DNA of 37,266 nucleotides from Nemertoderma westbladi (Eukaryota; Animalia; Xenacoelomorpha): contig JAUCBJ010003915.1 in NCBI GenBank assembly GCA_032718475.1, positions 1 to 37,266 of the forward strand, given 5' to 3'. The notes beneath the pieces are model-generated. The model saw only the letters and a list, made by a program, of their open reading frames with translations, was not told the origin of the DNA and searched no databases. Below are positions 1 to 11,628 of this stretch, piece by piece. Positions within the stretch are counted from its first letter, which is position 1, and each line of letters starts with the position of its first letter. The position numbers and the translations under genes are program-made.

Positions 1-318
1 AAGCCTTGTCCGTCGAGGAAGAGAGAGCCAAGCAGATTCAGGAAACGACTACCCGTTATCTGAAGGACGAAGGTCGCTATGAGATTGGTCTTCCGTTCCG
101 ACGAACCCAACTTTATAAATAACCGACCTTTAGCGGAAAAGAGAATCGCGCAACTACATTGGCGTCTTATGGCCAACATCCAAGCCAGGGAAATGTATAA
201 AACCCAGCTGAAGAAATTTATTGATAAAGGATACGCAGAGCGAGTTCCGGAAGAAACACCTATAACGGAGAGAACGTATTATCTAACACATCATTACGTT
301 CCCAAGCCCGGTAAACCC
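1..318 (+). pseudogene. pol: BEL pol, region before RT core
   Basis: GRYEIGLPF, then a frameshift near 95, then NNRPLAEKRI...KGYAERV...YYLTHHYVPKPGKP, typical of the BEL pre-RT region. Interrupted by a LINE at 319. Confidence 0.9.
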
Positions 319-885
319 TACTACTACTAGGATCGGCATGCTGCATTGCAGCTGCATTTTTAAGAATGCTGTGCCGGCTTGTCAACAAAATTGCACCGCC
401 ACAACTCCCTATCACCCATGACATTTGCTAGATCATCCGCATCTTTAAGGCCAGTGTCCTTTAAGATGCGTCTCAAGAAAGTCATGGGCTGTCCACCATG
501 CTTATTCACTCCATGAGGCTGCCAAAGTACAAGATTATGCACTGGCTGATCCTCACGGCGAAAGCAATGTCCTCCAAAGCGGAGGCGATTTTGTTCTAGT
601 GTCAAGCTTGGGGGAACCAATGAGACACCTCCAATGTTATATAGTGTCTGGTTGGAGATGTGTGCATTGTACTTGACACAATGAACCCGGCGTAGCATTC
701 TTGTGAATGTGCCATCCAGAGATTTGGTGTCCTCAGCAGTTAGAGCCCAGCATGGACTCCCGTAGAGGAGTACTGGAACTACTGCTGCTCTAAATAATCG
801 GACCTTAAGTTTCCGATTAATTCTCGGTGACTTCCAAATCCTGGAAAGCCTATTCAAGGCTGCCCATGCCTTTCCCTTACGTATT
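319..885 (-). mobile_element. 5'-truncated RTE LINE (family A) inserted in BEL pol
   Basis: Reverse-strand RT C-terminus (RLFRAAVVPVLLYGS...), (TAG)n tail at 319-330, and a 10-bp TSD CGGTAAACCC at 309-318 and 886-895. Confidence 0.95.
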
Positions 886-3800
886 CGGTAAACCCAACGA
901 AGTCTGGGTAGCGTTTGACGGCTCCGCCCTTTACATGGGTCAATCCCTGAACTCAGAACTGTTGCCGGGACCCAACTTACTCCAATCCTTGTTGGGAATA
1001 CTATTGAGACTGTGGCAATATTCTATCGCATTCGCTTCGGACATAGAAGGCATGTTCTTACAAGTCAAGGCGCTGGATAGGGATCGAGACAGCCTACGAT
1101 TTTTGTGGTGGCCTGAAGGAGACCTCAACCGAAAACCGGTGGAGTACTGGATGACCATCCAGGCTTTCGGGATCATCTCGAGCCCCTCGAACGCTTGTTC
1201 GGTAGTGCGTACAACTGCCGATGACAACCGAGACGCCTTCTCTAAAGCGGTTATCGACAACATCAAACGGGATATATACATGGACGACAATTTAAAGTCC
1301 CTCCCATCGGTGGAAGAAGCCATTGATGTTGCCAAGGGAACGGTGGAGTGCTTGCAACGCGGTGGATTTCGACTAACCAAATTCACTAGTAACTCCCGTG
1401 TGTTTCTGGAATCGATCCCAGTAGAAGACCGACTGTGTTAAAGATCTGGACCTCATCAAGGACGATCTTCTGGAAACCAAAACACTTGGCTTAAAATGGG
1501 ACACGGAGAGAGATATCTTGTTTTTCCAGTTAAAACAGCGAGATAATCCAGTTAGAACTAAACGGATTTGTCTAAGTATCCTGAGCACTTATTTCGATCC
1601 ATTGGGATTTATTAGCCCAGTTATATTAGTTTCTCAGAGCTTAGTGCAACAAATGTGGCTCGAAAACCACTCGTGGGATGATCCACTTAAGGGAGAACTA
1701 CTAAAGAAGTGGATGAAATGGGAAGATTCTCTACCATCCATGGAGAACTTTAAGATTTCCCGTTCATATTTTGGTCACTTTCTCCCCACATATTCATATC
1801 AACTCCATGTGTTTGGAGACGCCAGCGATATGGGAATAGGTATAGTAGCCTACCTGAGGGTTGAAACTCCGGATGGAATTAAAGTTGCCTTGGTCACCTC
1901 TAAGGCCTTGATAAACAACAAACTACGAGTTCCTCGAGCGGAGTTAAAGGCGGCTCTATACGCTACAGCCATTGGCCGGAATGTAACAGAACAGATCGAC
2001 TATCCACTGGAGAAAACTGTCTATTGGACTGATGCTTTACTCGTTCTGGAGTATATAACAAATGAAGTCTGTCAGTTCAGCGTCTTCGTTACCAACAGAG
2101 TAGCCATTATACTCAGTCGCTCTAATGTAGATCAATGGAGACATTGCCCTGGGACGATTAATCCAGCCGACATCGCCTCCAGAGGAGCAACTCCTCAAGA
2201 ACTGATAGATACTCCAGACTGGTTAGGTGGACCCGACTTCCTAAGTAAGGAAGAGGATGAATGGCCTCCTCATCTCACCACGGCTGAGATTAGACAAGCC
2301 AAGGGAGTGGAGAAAGTCAAACCTAAAACCCGGACGAGTAAATCAAAGTTATTTAAACCCGTGATAGATCTGTCTGTACTACACATCTCCGGGGACGACA
2401 CTGTGGATCTAAACTCCCCCACCACGAACAAATCTGTTATAGAAATCAGAGAAAGAGACTGGAAATCTGGAACACCGGATGTCTCGCAAGGACTCTCACC
2501 TCTCCTGCAGAGAGCAATAAATCATTATAGCTCCTGGAATCGGCTTTGTAAGGCCGTCGTGTATCTGAAGAGATGTTTCCATCATCACTATTCCAGGATG
2601 AAGATCGCTAGTGATACCGCTCCAAGAATATCCGAAAAGGTCCATGCTATTAAAGACCTTCCCGCTTATAAAGTGTCGGATAGGTTTCTGACTGAGAAGA
2701 TCAGTTACCAAGAGCATGAAGATACCAATAAGCAGATACTGAGACTCCTGCAATGCTATGAAGATTCCGATAGGTATTTCCTGTTGTTGAGAAATCCACA
2801 GATGCGCTTAAGGGATCGTTTCTCTAGCACAATGATAGATGGGTTAATACGTGTCGGAGGGAGATTAACTAATGCTCCCTTGTCCTTTGACACAAAGTTT
2901 CCCATACTCATTAGAAATCTTGAAATACAAATCAAGATGATTGTAGATGTTCACAGTAGGCTTTACCATGCTGGTAGAGAACGAGTTCTTAGCGAAATTC
3001 GAACTCGCTATTATTTCCATAAGCCCCGTAGAGCTCTGAACCAAGTTCTTAGGAACTGTATACCCTGTAGGAAAGCATTCAGTAGGCCTTTAACACAGCG
3101 AGAGGCAGAATTACCTAGGGAACGAGTAAGCTTCTATGAACCACCCTTTACTAATACTGGTGTGGATTTATTTGGCCCTATTGAAGTATATTGTGCTAGG
3201 ACTATAGTCAAGCGATGGTGTGTCATCTTTGTCTGTATGACTTGTAGAGCGATCCATCTAGATATGGTGAACGATCTATCTACCAACAGCTTCATACTGA
3301 GTTTACCCCGACAGATCGCTCGCTTTGGAACTAGCAACACCATGAGATCCGACAAGGGAATGAACTTCATTGGCGCCAATAATGAGATCAAAGCTTACGT
3401 GAAAGATTGGAACCAAAGACAGGTGGATGATCAGCTAAGGATAACAGCATCTAGCTGGACCTTCAACGCCGCTGACGCCCCTTGGTGGGGAGGAAGTTGG
3501 GAGAGATTAATACGGAGCGTGAAGACCGCATTTCACTTTATAGTGCCGTGCCGCGCGTATATCACCGACGAACTTTTGCGGACGTTAATGGAAGAAATCG
3601 CCGCCTATCTTGACGAGAGACCGCTTATGCCAGTCTCATCGAGTCCCGACTCCCTAGAAGCGCTAACACCCGCGCATTTCCTACTAAAGAAACCTGTAGC
3701 CATGGTCCCACAATCGGAAATCACGGACGGAGACGAATACTGCCGACAAACTTGGCAACTTATGCAGTTATTATCCCGTCGTTTCGCTGACCATTTCGAA

Positions 3801-4147
3801 AAACATTATCTTCCTACGCTACAACTTCGAACAAAGAAAACGTCGGCGCCGGAGTCATGGTCCTTATTGTGGAATCAGATCTTCCACGTAAGAGGTGGCA
3901 GACAGGTCGTATCATCGAGACTCATATATCCGATGATGGTTTAGTGCGATCGGTAGAACTCATCGTCATGCGACGTAACTTTAAGAAACCTGGAATTGTA
4001 TTAGAAACACAACAACTTAATCGCCCAGTTGGTCGTTTATGTTCACTGGAAAGAGACCGAGAACTATCCGGAAACTATGGAAGGCAAGATACTCTTCCCA
4101 CGACCACCTCCCTAATCCAACAAACATCTAGGGACTCCCCAACATAA
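886..4147 (+). pseudogene. pol: BEL/Pao pol: RT, RNase H (Pao domain), integrase, C-terminal DUF5641-like domain; frameshifted
   Basis: VAFDGSA, GPNLL, SDIEGMFLQV, YMDD; FDPLG, HVFGDAS, VPRAEL, WTDA, NPADIASRG; H..H..C..C zinc finger, GVDLFGP, SDKG, PWWGGSWERL; LPRKRWQTGRI..DGLVRSV. Frameshifts near 1435 and 3835. Confidence 0.95.
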
Positions 4148-4678
4148 CAGCGTCTGGAGTGGGTGTGTGACTACATTATTTTATATATATTTTTATTATT
4201 ATTTTTATATTTATGTATGTATTATTACGTAATTTTATTATTATAATCGTTTTCTTTAATTTTATTTTGTAGGATAATATTTTAACGATTATTCAGTAGA
4301 TTAGTGCAATATATATTCGTGTTTATTACTTAATTACTTAGCATTATATAATTCGTTTAATGGCGAGAAACAATTCATTTTCTCTTTCCTTACTGTCCGT
4401 ATCATACCATAAATACGCGACTACAGTAAGATGAAATGTCCATACTTATTAAAGTACAATACCGCCCCTACTATACTAAAGTATTATTGGTAAGTAGAGT
4501 ATTAGGAATGCAAAGTTCAGATCCTCGTGTCTCGGCTAAACCAAGCTCTGGGTAGACCTTGGAAACGACTTGCCTCTTCTCACTGACATTGCTTCTTGCT
4601 ATATTGCTCTCATACCATATATTAAATAATACATATAGTAGAATGATGTCCATTTAACAGTAGTGTAAAACGCAAAAT

Positions 4679-5070
4679 AAATCTGTTAAACCCTTTGACC
4701 ATCTGAAATTCTAGTCGATTAAGATATCGCGGTACCCACCGATATACTTGAAAGACAAATTCTAGAATCAGTGGTTAACGTCTCCAGACATGCTCTGGAA
4801 TAAATCGGTGCCCATCCTAAATATTAAATATTTAATAAATATTTATAAAATCTATCAAAACAAATATTGTAATAGAGTAAATTGTGATAAATTAACTCTA
4901 GAAAATCTATAAATCAAAAATCTGTTAAAATTTAGATCCTTTAAAATTCTAGTCGATTAAGATATCGTAGCACTTACCGATACTCTTAAAAAGACAAAAT
5001 TTCTAGAATTAAGGATCCTAGTCCCCAGACATGTTCTGGAATAAAATTGTGTCTATTTTAATATCAAATA
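4679..5070 (+). repeat. Imperfect ~150-bp direct repeat (4679-4830 and 4918-5070), each copy forming a long plus a short stem-loop
   Basis: Both copies share AAATCTGTTAAA, AAATTCTAGTCGATTAAGATATCG, GACAAA..TTCTAGAAT and CCAGACATG.TCTGGAATAAA. Confidence 0.85.
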
Positions 5071-5366
5071 ATAAAATTAATGGGAATAAATTTTAAATTC
5101 ATATCCTCTCATGAATTTGATAAATTGTCATTTTATACAATTTATAACATTCCCAAAATTCCATTAATTAATAGATCATGGGAGCGGAGATTCACCCTAT
5201 TAAGTATATTAGTGTGCGAGAATCTCCAATGTATAGTCAATAGCCAATAAAATTCATAAAATCATGTATAAAGGGGAATATTGACAATTAAAGAATCACT
5301 ATTAAATAGCATCCCAGATCTGTATGCATGGGAATTACCCTAATTCTACCGCTAGCTTTCCATAAT

Positions 5367-5380
5367 GTCACCATAGCAAC
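5367..5380. promoter_or_regulatory. RFX X-box-like motif
   Basis: GTCACCATAGCAAC fits GTNRCC-N2-RGYAAC and lies ~490 bp upstream of the extra ORF. Motif match only. Confidence 0.35.
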
Positions 5381-5867
5381 AACCACGCTAGAATTAGAAG
5401 CGAGTTAACAGAACAATAAAAAGCTTGCTCATTGAATAGCATACGGAATAAATAGCACACCGCTAGTATCCAAGGATACATAATAATAACGTGGCATTCT
5501 GGAAGGCACTTGACTAACGGACAAATGGCCCGAATGTGTACAATTTGAGACAGGAGTGTGGAATTTGTGTATTTATAGGTGAATGTTACTACTAAAGTGT
5601 GTTTATAGTAGCGAGTCGCAGTTGTGAAAGTTACCCTGCCTCTGTAGCAAGAACCTCCAGTAATTCTAAGCCCTTGGGACGGACAGTGGAGTGACTCGCG
5701 CTGGTTATTGTTGTCGTTGTGTAGCTACTACGTTGGCGAGAGGCACAGCGACGACAGTACATCAGCGCTGAGGATCTTGCACTGTCCGGGGGCATTGAGG
5801 GGGAGGCAGCGACGACCACTGGCCTATATATCATTAATTATAATATCGATAAACTCATATAGCAGCT

Positions 5868-8072
5868 ATGACTGAGTTAATAGAATATGATCTTGGTATC
5901 AGGGAGCAATATACCCTACCATTGCAAGCGTTTGTTGATAGTTTAATAAGCGGCGACGCTAGTCAACCTACTACGGAGGACGATGGCTGTTATATCGAAC
6001 CGCCAATGTCAAAGGAACAGCTCACGCGTGAATTGGACTGTAGAAAATTCACCGCTCGCTATACACATCGTAATGGTACGTATATGGACTTCTTAACTAC
6101 TGGTCATCCTATCGATTTACACGATACGGACGATGTAGACACCGAAAGGGAAATGATCCTATTTAAATATCATACCCAGCGGAGTCGGAACGATAAACTG
6201 AGAATTGAACACGAAAATTCTATTTGAAACTGACTCGAAAGAGAGGACGTTGAAGAGCCGGATAAACGCAGTGACTTCAATGAATATTTGGAATTCTTAA
6301 GAGAAACATATCTCAATGTAGCCAGTCAACAAAATCTAGAAACTCGATATCCTCAAGGTATACATCATAACCCTATGATAGAACTCAAACGACTCTATTT
6401 CACTATGATGTATCTTACCGCCGATCGACCGCTACCTGTTGTACCGGATAGCTTCGAACAGATGGAGGAATATTGTAAAACTGGAGAAAGAACACCCGCG
6501 TTTCCCCTACAAGACGTGCGTCTTTGGTATTATTGCGATGAATGCCCCAGACCCAACCAACAAATGGAAAGACATAAACATCCGCGGAGACGTTGCGCTA
6601 AACACAGTTTTACTCGCTATACTTACGGGAGTTTCGAGTGAAACTTGTTCGATGTATCACCCATGCTCGCTCGACTCAAACGATCCTTAAATAAACCGAT
6701 GATCAGAGTTCCGGAATACTCGGTCAGACCTCCTCATTCCCTGGTAAGACCTCAGACTCTTGATCCTAATAGTATGACGGATCCTCCTGAACTGTACTCA
6801 CTGTTCAAAGATCTAGTGTTACCCGAACAATTAGTCGGTGGCACTCCGGTAGTGGGCTCTCTAGATATTCGCCCATCCTACCTAGCTGGATTGGGACGCG
6901 GACATTTAATATCGCCGTTCAACCCGTATAATCGTCCCGGTTTAACCCCGATACAACCCGTCACCGAGGTGGAGGAGAGCGTTGTACGAAACGCGTTAGA
7001 CGCTATTCGACAAAAGATCGGAAAAGGAACCTATGATTGTTTAGATAAACGTAAATTGCAGCAACAAGTCCAAGTGGTAAAGGAATTGGCCTTACCCCAG
7101 TTCGATCGAGAAATCCAGAACCTCGAGAAAGACATCAAACTTGGACGAACCTACTCTCTACAAGAGTTTTTGGACGAACGCTTCCAACGACATGCGGAGG
7201 AAAATCAGCTCGAGGAGAAGCACATCGAAATGGATGAGAGAGAAGAAGCAGCTTTAGCCCAGCCAGAAGCTCAAATCCTTATGACTGATCTCTATTCCAA
7301 AACCATTATTCATCCTTCGATGGTTCCCCATTTCGGAGACAAACTCTTCGCCACAGTACAACCCCAACCAGTTGATATCAACTTAAGATCTAGAGATCTT
7401 ATCGCTGACGCTCCTATGTTACAACGTCCGCCAATCGAGGCCGCTCGTGTCAACGGTATACTCGTTAAAACCTCCGGATAATCGAGCGGATCTTGTCCGT
7501 CGTATGGTACACGAGGTCAACCTACGCGCTAGACCTTTACCAAACTCACTTTATGGGATCAAAGACCACCCTTATTGTGTCAATTTAACTCAATATTATA
7601 TGGTGAAACCGGAAGATCCTACATACAGTTTAAAGTATCTACCATTGATAAATCACGCGGTGACTTGTTCATAAACTCGCATCCAGAGCTGCAAGAAGTT
7701 CATAGACGACCCTATGAATATAGAGTCCGAGAACGCGAGTTGGAAAGAACTATCAAACAGAGGATATTTCTCACTACTCACAGTCCACCTACCTCTCTCG
7801 TGCAAACGACTCGTCAGGGACCAGTAAGAGCTGCTGTCCTGAAACGCGCTCTAAAGGTTGTTCGACCTCGTCCCACTGAGGTTGATATCGATCAACCGGG
7901 TACCTCGACTGGCGGATACACCGACCGTAACCCTAAACCTTCTGATGCAATTGTATTGCACCCCTTACCCAGGAGTTATAGCCCTCCTAGTAAAGTGGCT
8001 CGCCCCAAAGAGAAAAGGACTCTTACTAGCCTCCAAAAACTTCGTAAATGCCGTTCACGTAAGAAGGACTAA
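5868..8072 (+). pseudogene. Extra ORF of unknown function (~735 codons) downstream of BEL pol, with five in-frame stops
   Basis: Track ORFs at 5868, 6288, 6645 and 7575 are all in one frame. Stops: 6225 TGA, 6231 TGA, 6639 TGA, 7479 TAA, 7530 TAG. Contains a Cys/His cluster and a basic C-terminus. Confidence 0.8.
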
Positions 8073-8257
8073 TAGTTTAGAGTATTTTTTATATTTTAGA
8101 AACTGTGATTTTTATATTTTATGGACTTAAATCCCATTTTCTGTGAGCAGTGTAAAAGCTTTTGCGGACATAACAAGTCATTTTTCCGCAATGCGCAGAA
8201 TACTCTAAAATAGCCCTAAATTTATCCAACTACGCGACGGGAAGGAATTGGAGCTGG

Positions 8258-8791
8258 TGTGACGACATCTATCAGCTGATTCTTTGTGGACGTGGAAGTT
8301 TTCTTTGTCCTGCCTCGTCCAGCCAATCAGAGCGATTTTCCCCCTTATGTCTGACAGAGGCCTATGGAAACTCGCGCAATGCATTACGGTCTTTGTTTAC
8401 TTTTTTCTGAGCACCAGAACCGGCTCGGAATCTTCTGTACTTCTGTGTAGAAGTTTCAGACTTTGGCCTAAACATCAGGTGGCTTTGATTATAAGAACGT
8501 AAATCTATTATCCTGAAACATTACCTGATTGCATTACTTAATCACCTTAACTGGTCATATATTTCATAACTGCATAAGTAACACATACTGATTGTTCACC
8601 GCATTATTTTACTTCTGTTATTAATTGTTGTTATATTAATGGATATTGCTGTTATATTTGGAGAATACCGATAAATAATCATAAATCCCCCAATCTTCTT
8701 GATTACTGAAGGTAAGAGGAACAGGTTTACCGGTAGCACTTAAATTATAGTGGTTTTTGTGTGAATTAAATGCTATTTCATAATCCCTACA
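8258..8791 (+). repeat. Putative 3' LTR of the BEL element
   Basis: Purine-rich GGGAAGGAATTGGAG precedes TGTGAC; CCAATCAG near 8323; ATTAAA at 8765 followed by ...CCCTACA. No second LTR is present to compare. Confidence 0.45.
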
Positions 8792-9044
8792 TGTGTCAGT
8801 TGCGATCTTCCTTATATATGATCAAATTCAGTGACGGTCGGCAGATTAGTGCGCAGTAGTGTGAAGTAGTGTGAAAGATAATAAAGCATCTCCTAAAGAA
8901 TGCGCTATTTACGAAACTCTGTGGCCATCTAGTTGTGATTAGTATAAGTCATAACTCTGTTTTTATACTTAAAGCGCAACGTCCTAAAGGAACTGTTAAT
9001 ATTTCCCCGAATGTAAATATATTGTCAGAGATTATTTATTATTA

Positions 9045-9880
9045 GTACCTTACTGATCTAGACTTTGCTGATGACTTAAGAGTATTCTCAGAATCACTAG
9101 AGGGAGCCCAACGGCTCCTCAGCTCATTAGAACAGGCTGCTTCTAGTGTTGGTCATTTTTTTTTTTCACACGGCCAACATTTTGACAGTTAACTTTGAAA
9201 GTCCTCAGCAAGTCTCTGACCGGATGAGCATAAGCTCAAAGGATGGTATGCTTGAGCATGTGGACGACTTCTGTTACCTGTGATCATGGATCCGGAAGTT
9301 AGGTGAGGACTTACGAATACGTTTGGGAAAGGCATGGGCAGCCTTGAATAGGCTTTTCAGGATTTGGAAGTCACCGAGAATTAATCGGAAACTTAAGGTC
9401 AGATTGTTTAGAGCAGCAGTAGTTCCAGTACTCCTCTATGGGAGTCCATGCTGGGCTCTAACTGCTGAGGACACCAAATCTCTGGATGGCACATTCACAA
9501 GAATACTACGCCGGGTTCATTGTGTCAATTACAATGCACACATCTCCAACCAGACACTATATAACATTGTAGGTGTCTCATTGGTTCCCCCAAGCTTGAC
9601 ACTAGAACAAAGTCGCCTCCGCTTTGCAGGACATTGCTTTCGCCGTGAGGACCAGCCAGTGCATAATCTTGTGCTTTCGCAGCCTCATGGAGTGAATAAG
9701 CTTGGTGGACAGCCCATGATTTTCTTGAGACGCATCCTAAAGGACACTGGCCTTGAAGATGCGGATGATTTAGCAAATATCATGGGTGTTAGGGAGTTGT
9801 GGCGGCGCAATTTTGTCGACAAGCCGGCACAGCATTCTTTAAAATGCAGCTGCAATGCAGCATGCCGATTCTAGTAGTAG
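9045..9880 (+). mobile_element. 5'-truncated RTE LINE (family A), somewhat older copy
   Basis: Runs from YLTDLDFADD to the TAGTAGTAG tail; has an in-frame stop at ~9280 and more substitutions than the other A copies. Confidence 0.95.
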
Positions 9881-11041
9881 ATTTATGAACTCTGAGAAGT
9901 TTTGTTTTAAAAAAAACTCATGGCGCCACTGCATGTACTGTACTTATGTTATGCCTAGGCATTCTGCCATACCGGTACATTATGTTATCTCTATTACCTG
10001 TTGTTGACTGTTTATATATACTTGCATCTGCAGTCTGTCGCACTGCGTCGTACCGATTACAGATGTAGGTTTATTACCCATACGTTGTTTATTTCCATTC
10101 CTACTACTGGCGGATATTGCAATAATTTACAATTAATTTGTACTCGATTTGTCAACTACAACAGTTAATTCAACATTTTATAAAATACATACAAAATAGA
10201 TAACATGTAGATGTCAAGCTGAAAGAGAAATGTTAATGTATTTAGCCTTCAGTCAATATGATGGATTTTGAATAATTAATCTGAATTTTATTCATCATGA
10301 CATCAAATAATATCATCAGTTCTTGTCAAATAATCGTCTTTGATCTTCTTGTAAATGTTGTTCATTGACATGTAAAGTACTAGAAGTTATATATATAAAA
10401 ACAGACGATTTGTTAGAATTAATTTCAGTTAATTTATGTACAAAGTAAACTTGTTTTCTATAAAGAATATGCCACCAACTTTTAGACTGTACTTTTAATA
10501 ATAACTTTGTATTGTACTTTTTTGGGGAATTAAACATATAACTCCAAGAAGACTAAAGCCGCTGTCACGTTGGGTAAGTCTTGCCTACTGTGACTACTAT
10601 CGTATGAATTATTAGTCTTCTCGTGATCATGTTATTTCGATCGGTGGTTAGCTAAGGGCATTCCGGAAACTTATGAGAAAGAAACTGGGAAAAGAAAATT
10701 AATTTTGGAAACAAATGTAATTTTGGACATATACACACGTAATAATTGTGTATCACAGAGGCCTGTAAATTTATTATTCATCTTAATCATTGATTGCCGA
10801 TGTGGCTTAACAAATCAAACGCTTATCCTGACGATTAGTAGCTGTTTTATCAGCAGAGGCTTGGTAATCTAATATGAAACGGGTCCTTCCTGTTAGAGGA
10901 CAATCTTAAACACCATCAATATGGTAAATTGTGATTCCAATATATGTGGTTTTGTGCTCTAAAAAATAAATAGTGGCAATTATTACATTTCATATGGCCT
11001 GTTGCGAATTTCTAGTTTTTACATTTGTATAGACTCAAACT

Positions 11042-11210
11042 GTTTCCAAGGCAACAGTGCACTGCACAGTGCATACAACAACACGTAATACAGATGTTGT
11101 GCACTGCACAGTGCATACAACAACACGTAATACAGATGTTGTGCACTGCACAGTGCATACAACAACACGTAATACAGATGTTGTGCACTGTACACTGTTG
11201 CCATGGAAAT
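11042..11210. promoter_or_regulatory. Pair of RFX X-box-like motifs forming an inverted repeat around the 42-bp array
   Basis: GTTTCCAAGGCAAC (11042-11055) and GTTGCCATGGAAAT (11197-11210), 420-590 bp upstream of the GPCR ATG. Confidence 0.4.
11057..11190. repeat. 42-bp tandem repeat, ~3.2 copies
   Basis: GTGCACTGCACAGTGCATACAACAACACGTAATACAGATGTT starts at 11057, 11099 and 11141, with a partial copy at 11183. Confidence 0.95.
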
Positions 11211-11628
11211 ATTTTGAGTCCATACAAATATAAAAACAGAACTTTGCAAGAGGCCACATGAAATTGAATAATTGATAAACATAAACATAAAAATGCAGCA
11301 AAAAAATACAGCAATACTCGAACCCGGGAAATGATGATCACATATTTATAATAATAATAAATTTATATAGCACAGTATACATCTACGCGCTCGCACAGTT
11401 ATAAATTTAAATAATTCATATTTTGATCCACCAATATTAGTATGTATGGGCATGGTTGGATAATATGTAGCCAATTATTTTAATTAAAAATTTAACTCAT
11501 TAAGTTAAATTGTTAAAAATTTCTAAAATATGTGTTACATAGAAAATTAAAATTTAATGTTTACTTCAATATATTATATATAATCGTTCAGCATAATAAT
11601 ATAATTGTATAATTAATTTGAAATTAAA

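Larger units (their letters stand above)
1..8791 (+). mobile_element. BEL/Pao LTR retrotransposon, 3' part (5' end outside window), with long post-pol region and extra ORF
   Basis: BEL-type pol motifs in RT-RNaseH-integrase order (1-4147). The extension to 8791 is inferred from continuous non-host sequence and an LTR-like TG...CA segment at 8258-8791; no 5' LTR or TSD is available to confirm the right boundary. Confidence 0.75.

Noticed and set aside
940-3391. Antisense ORFs within BEL pol (similarly within the LINEs)
   Set aside because: Shadow ORFs opposite recognisable coding sequence, with no motifs.
4679-5070. Hammerhead or HDV ribozyme in the hairpins or arrays
   Set aside because: No CUGANGA/GAAA core in a proper stem context was seen by eye; an Infernal search would be needed to exclude it fully.
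5868-8072. env gene interpretation of the extra ORF
   Set aside because: No signal peptide, hydrophobic TM anchor or Cys-rich ectodomain is visible.
5868-8072. Stop-codon reassignment or programmed read-through
   Set aside because: All three stop types occur, the adjacent pol is also decayed, and the GPCR uses TGA as a normal stop.
11012-11341. Cys-rich small ORFs resembling metallothionein or toxins
   Set aside because: Arise from the 42-bp repeat being open in several frames.
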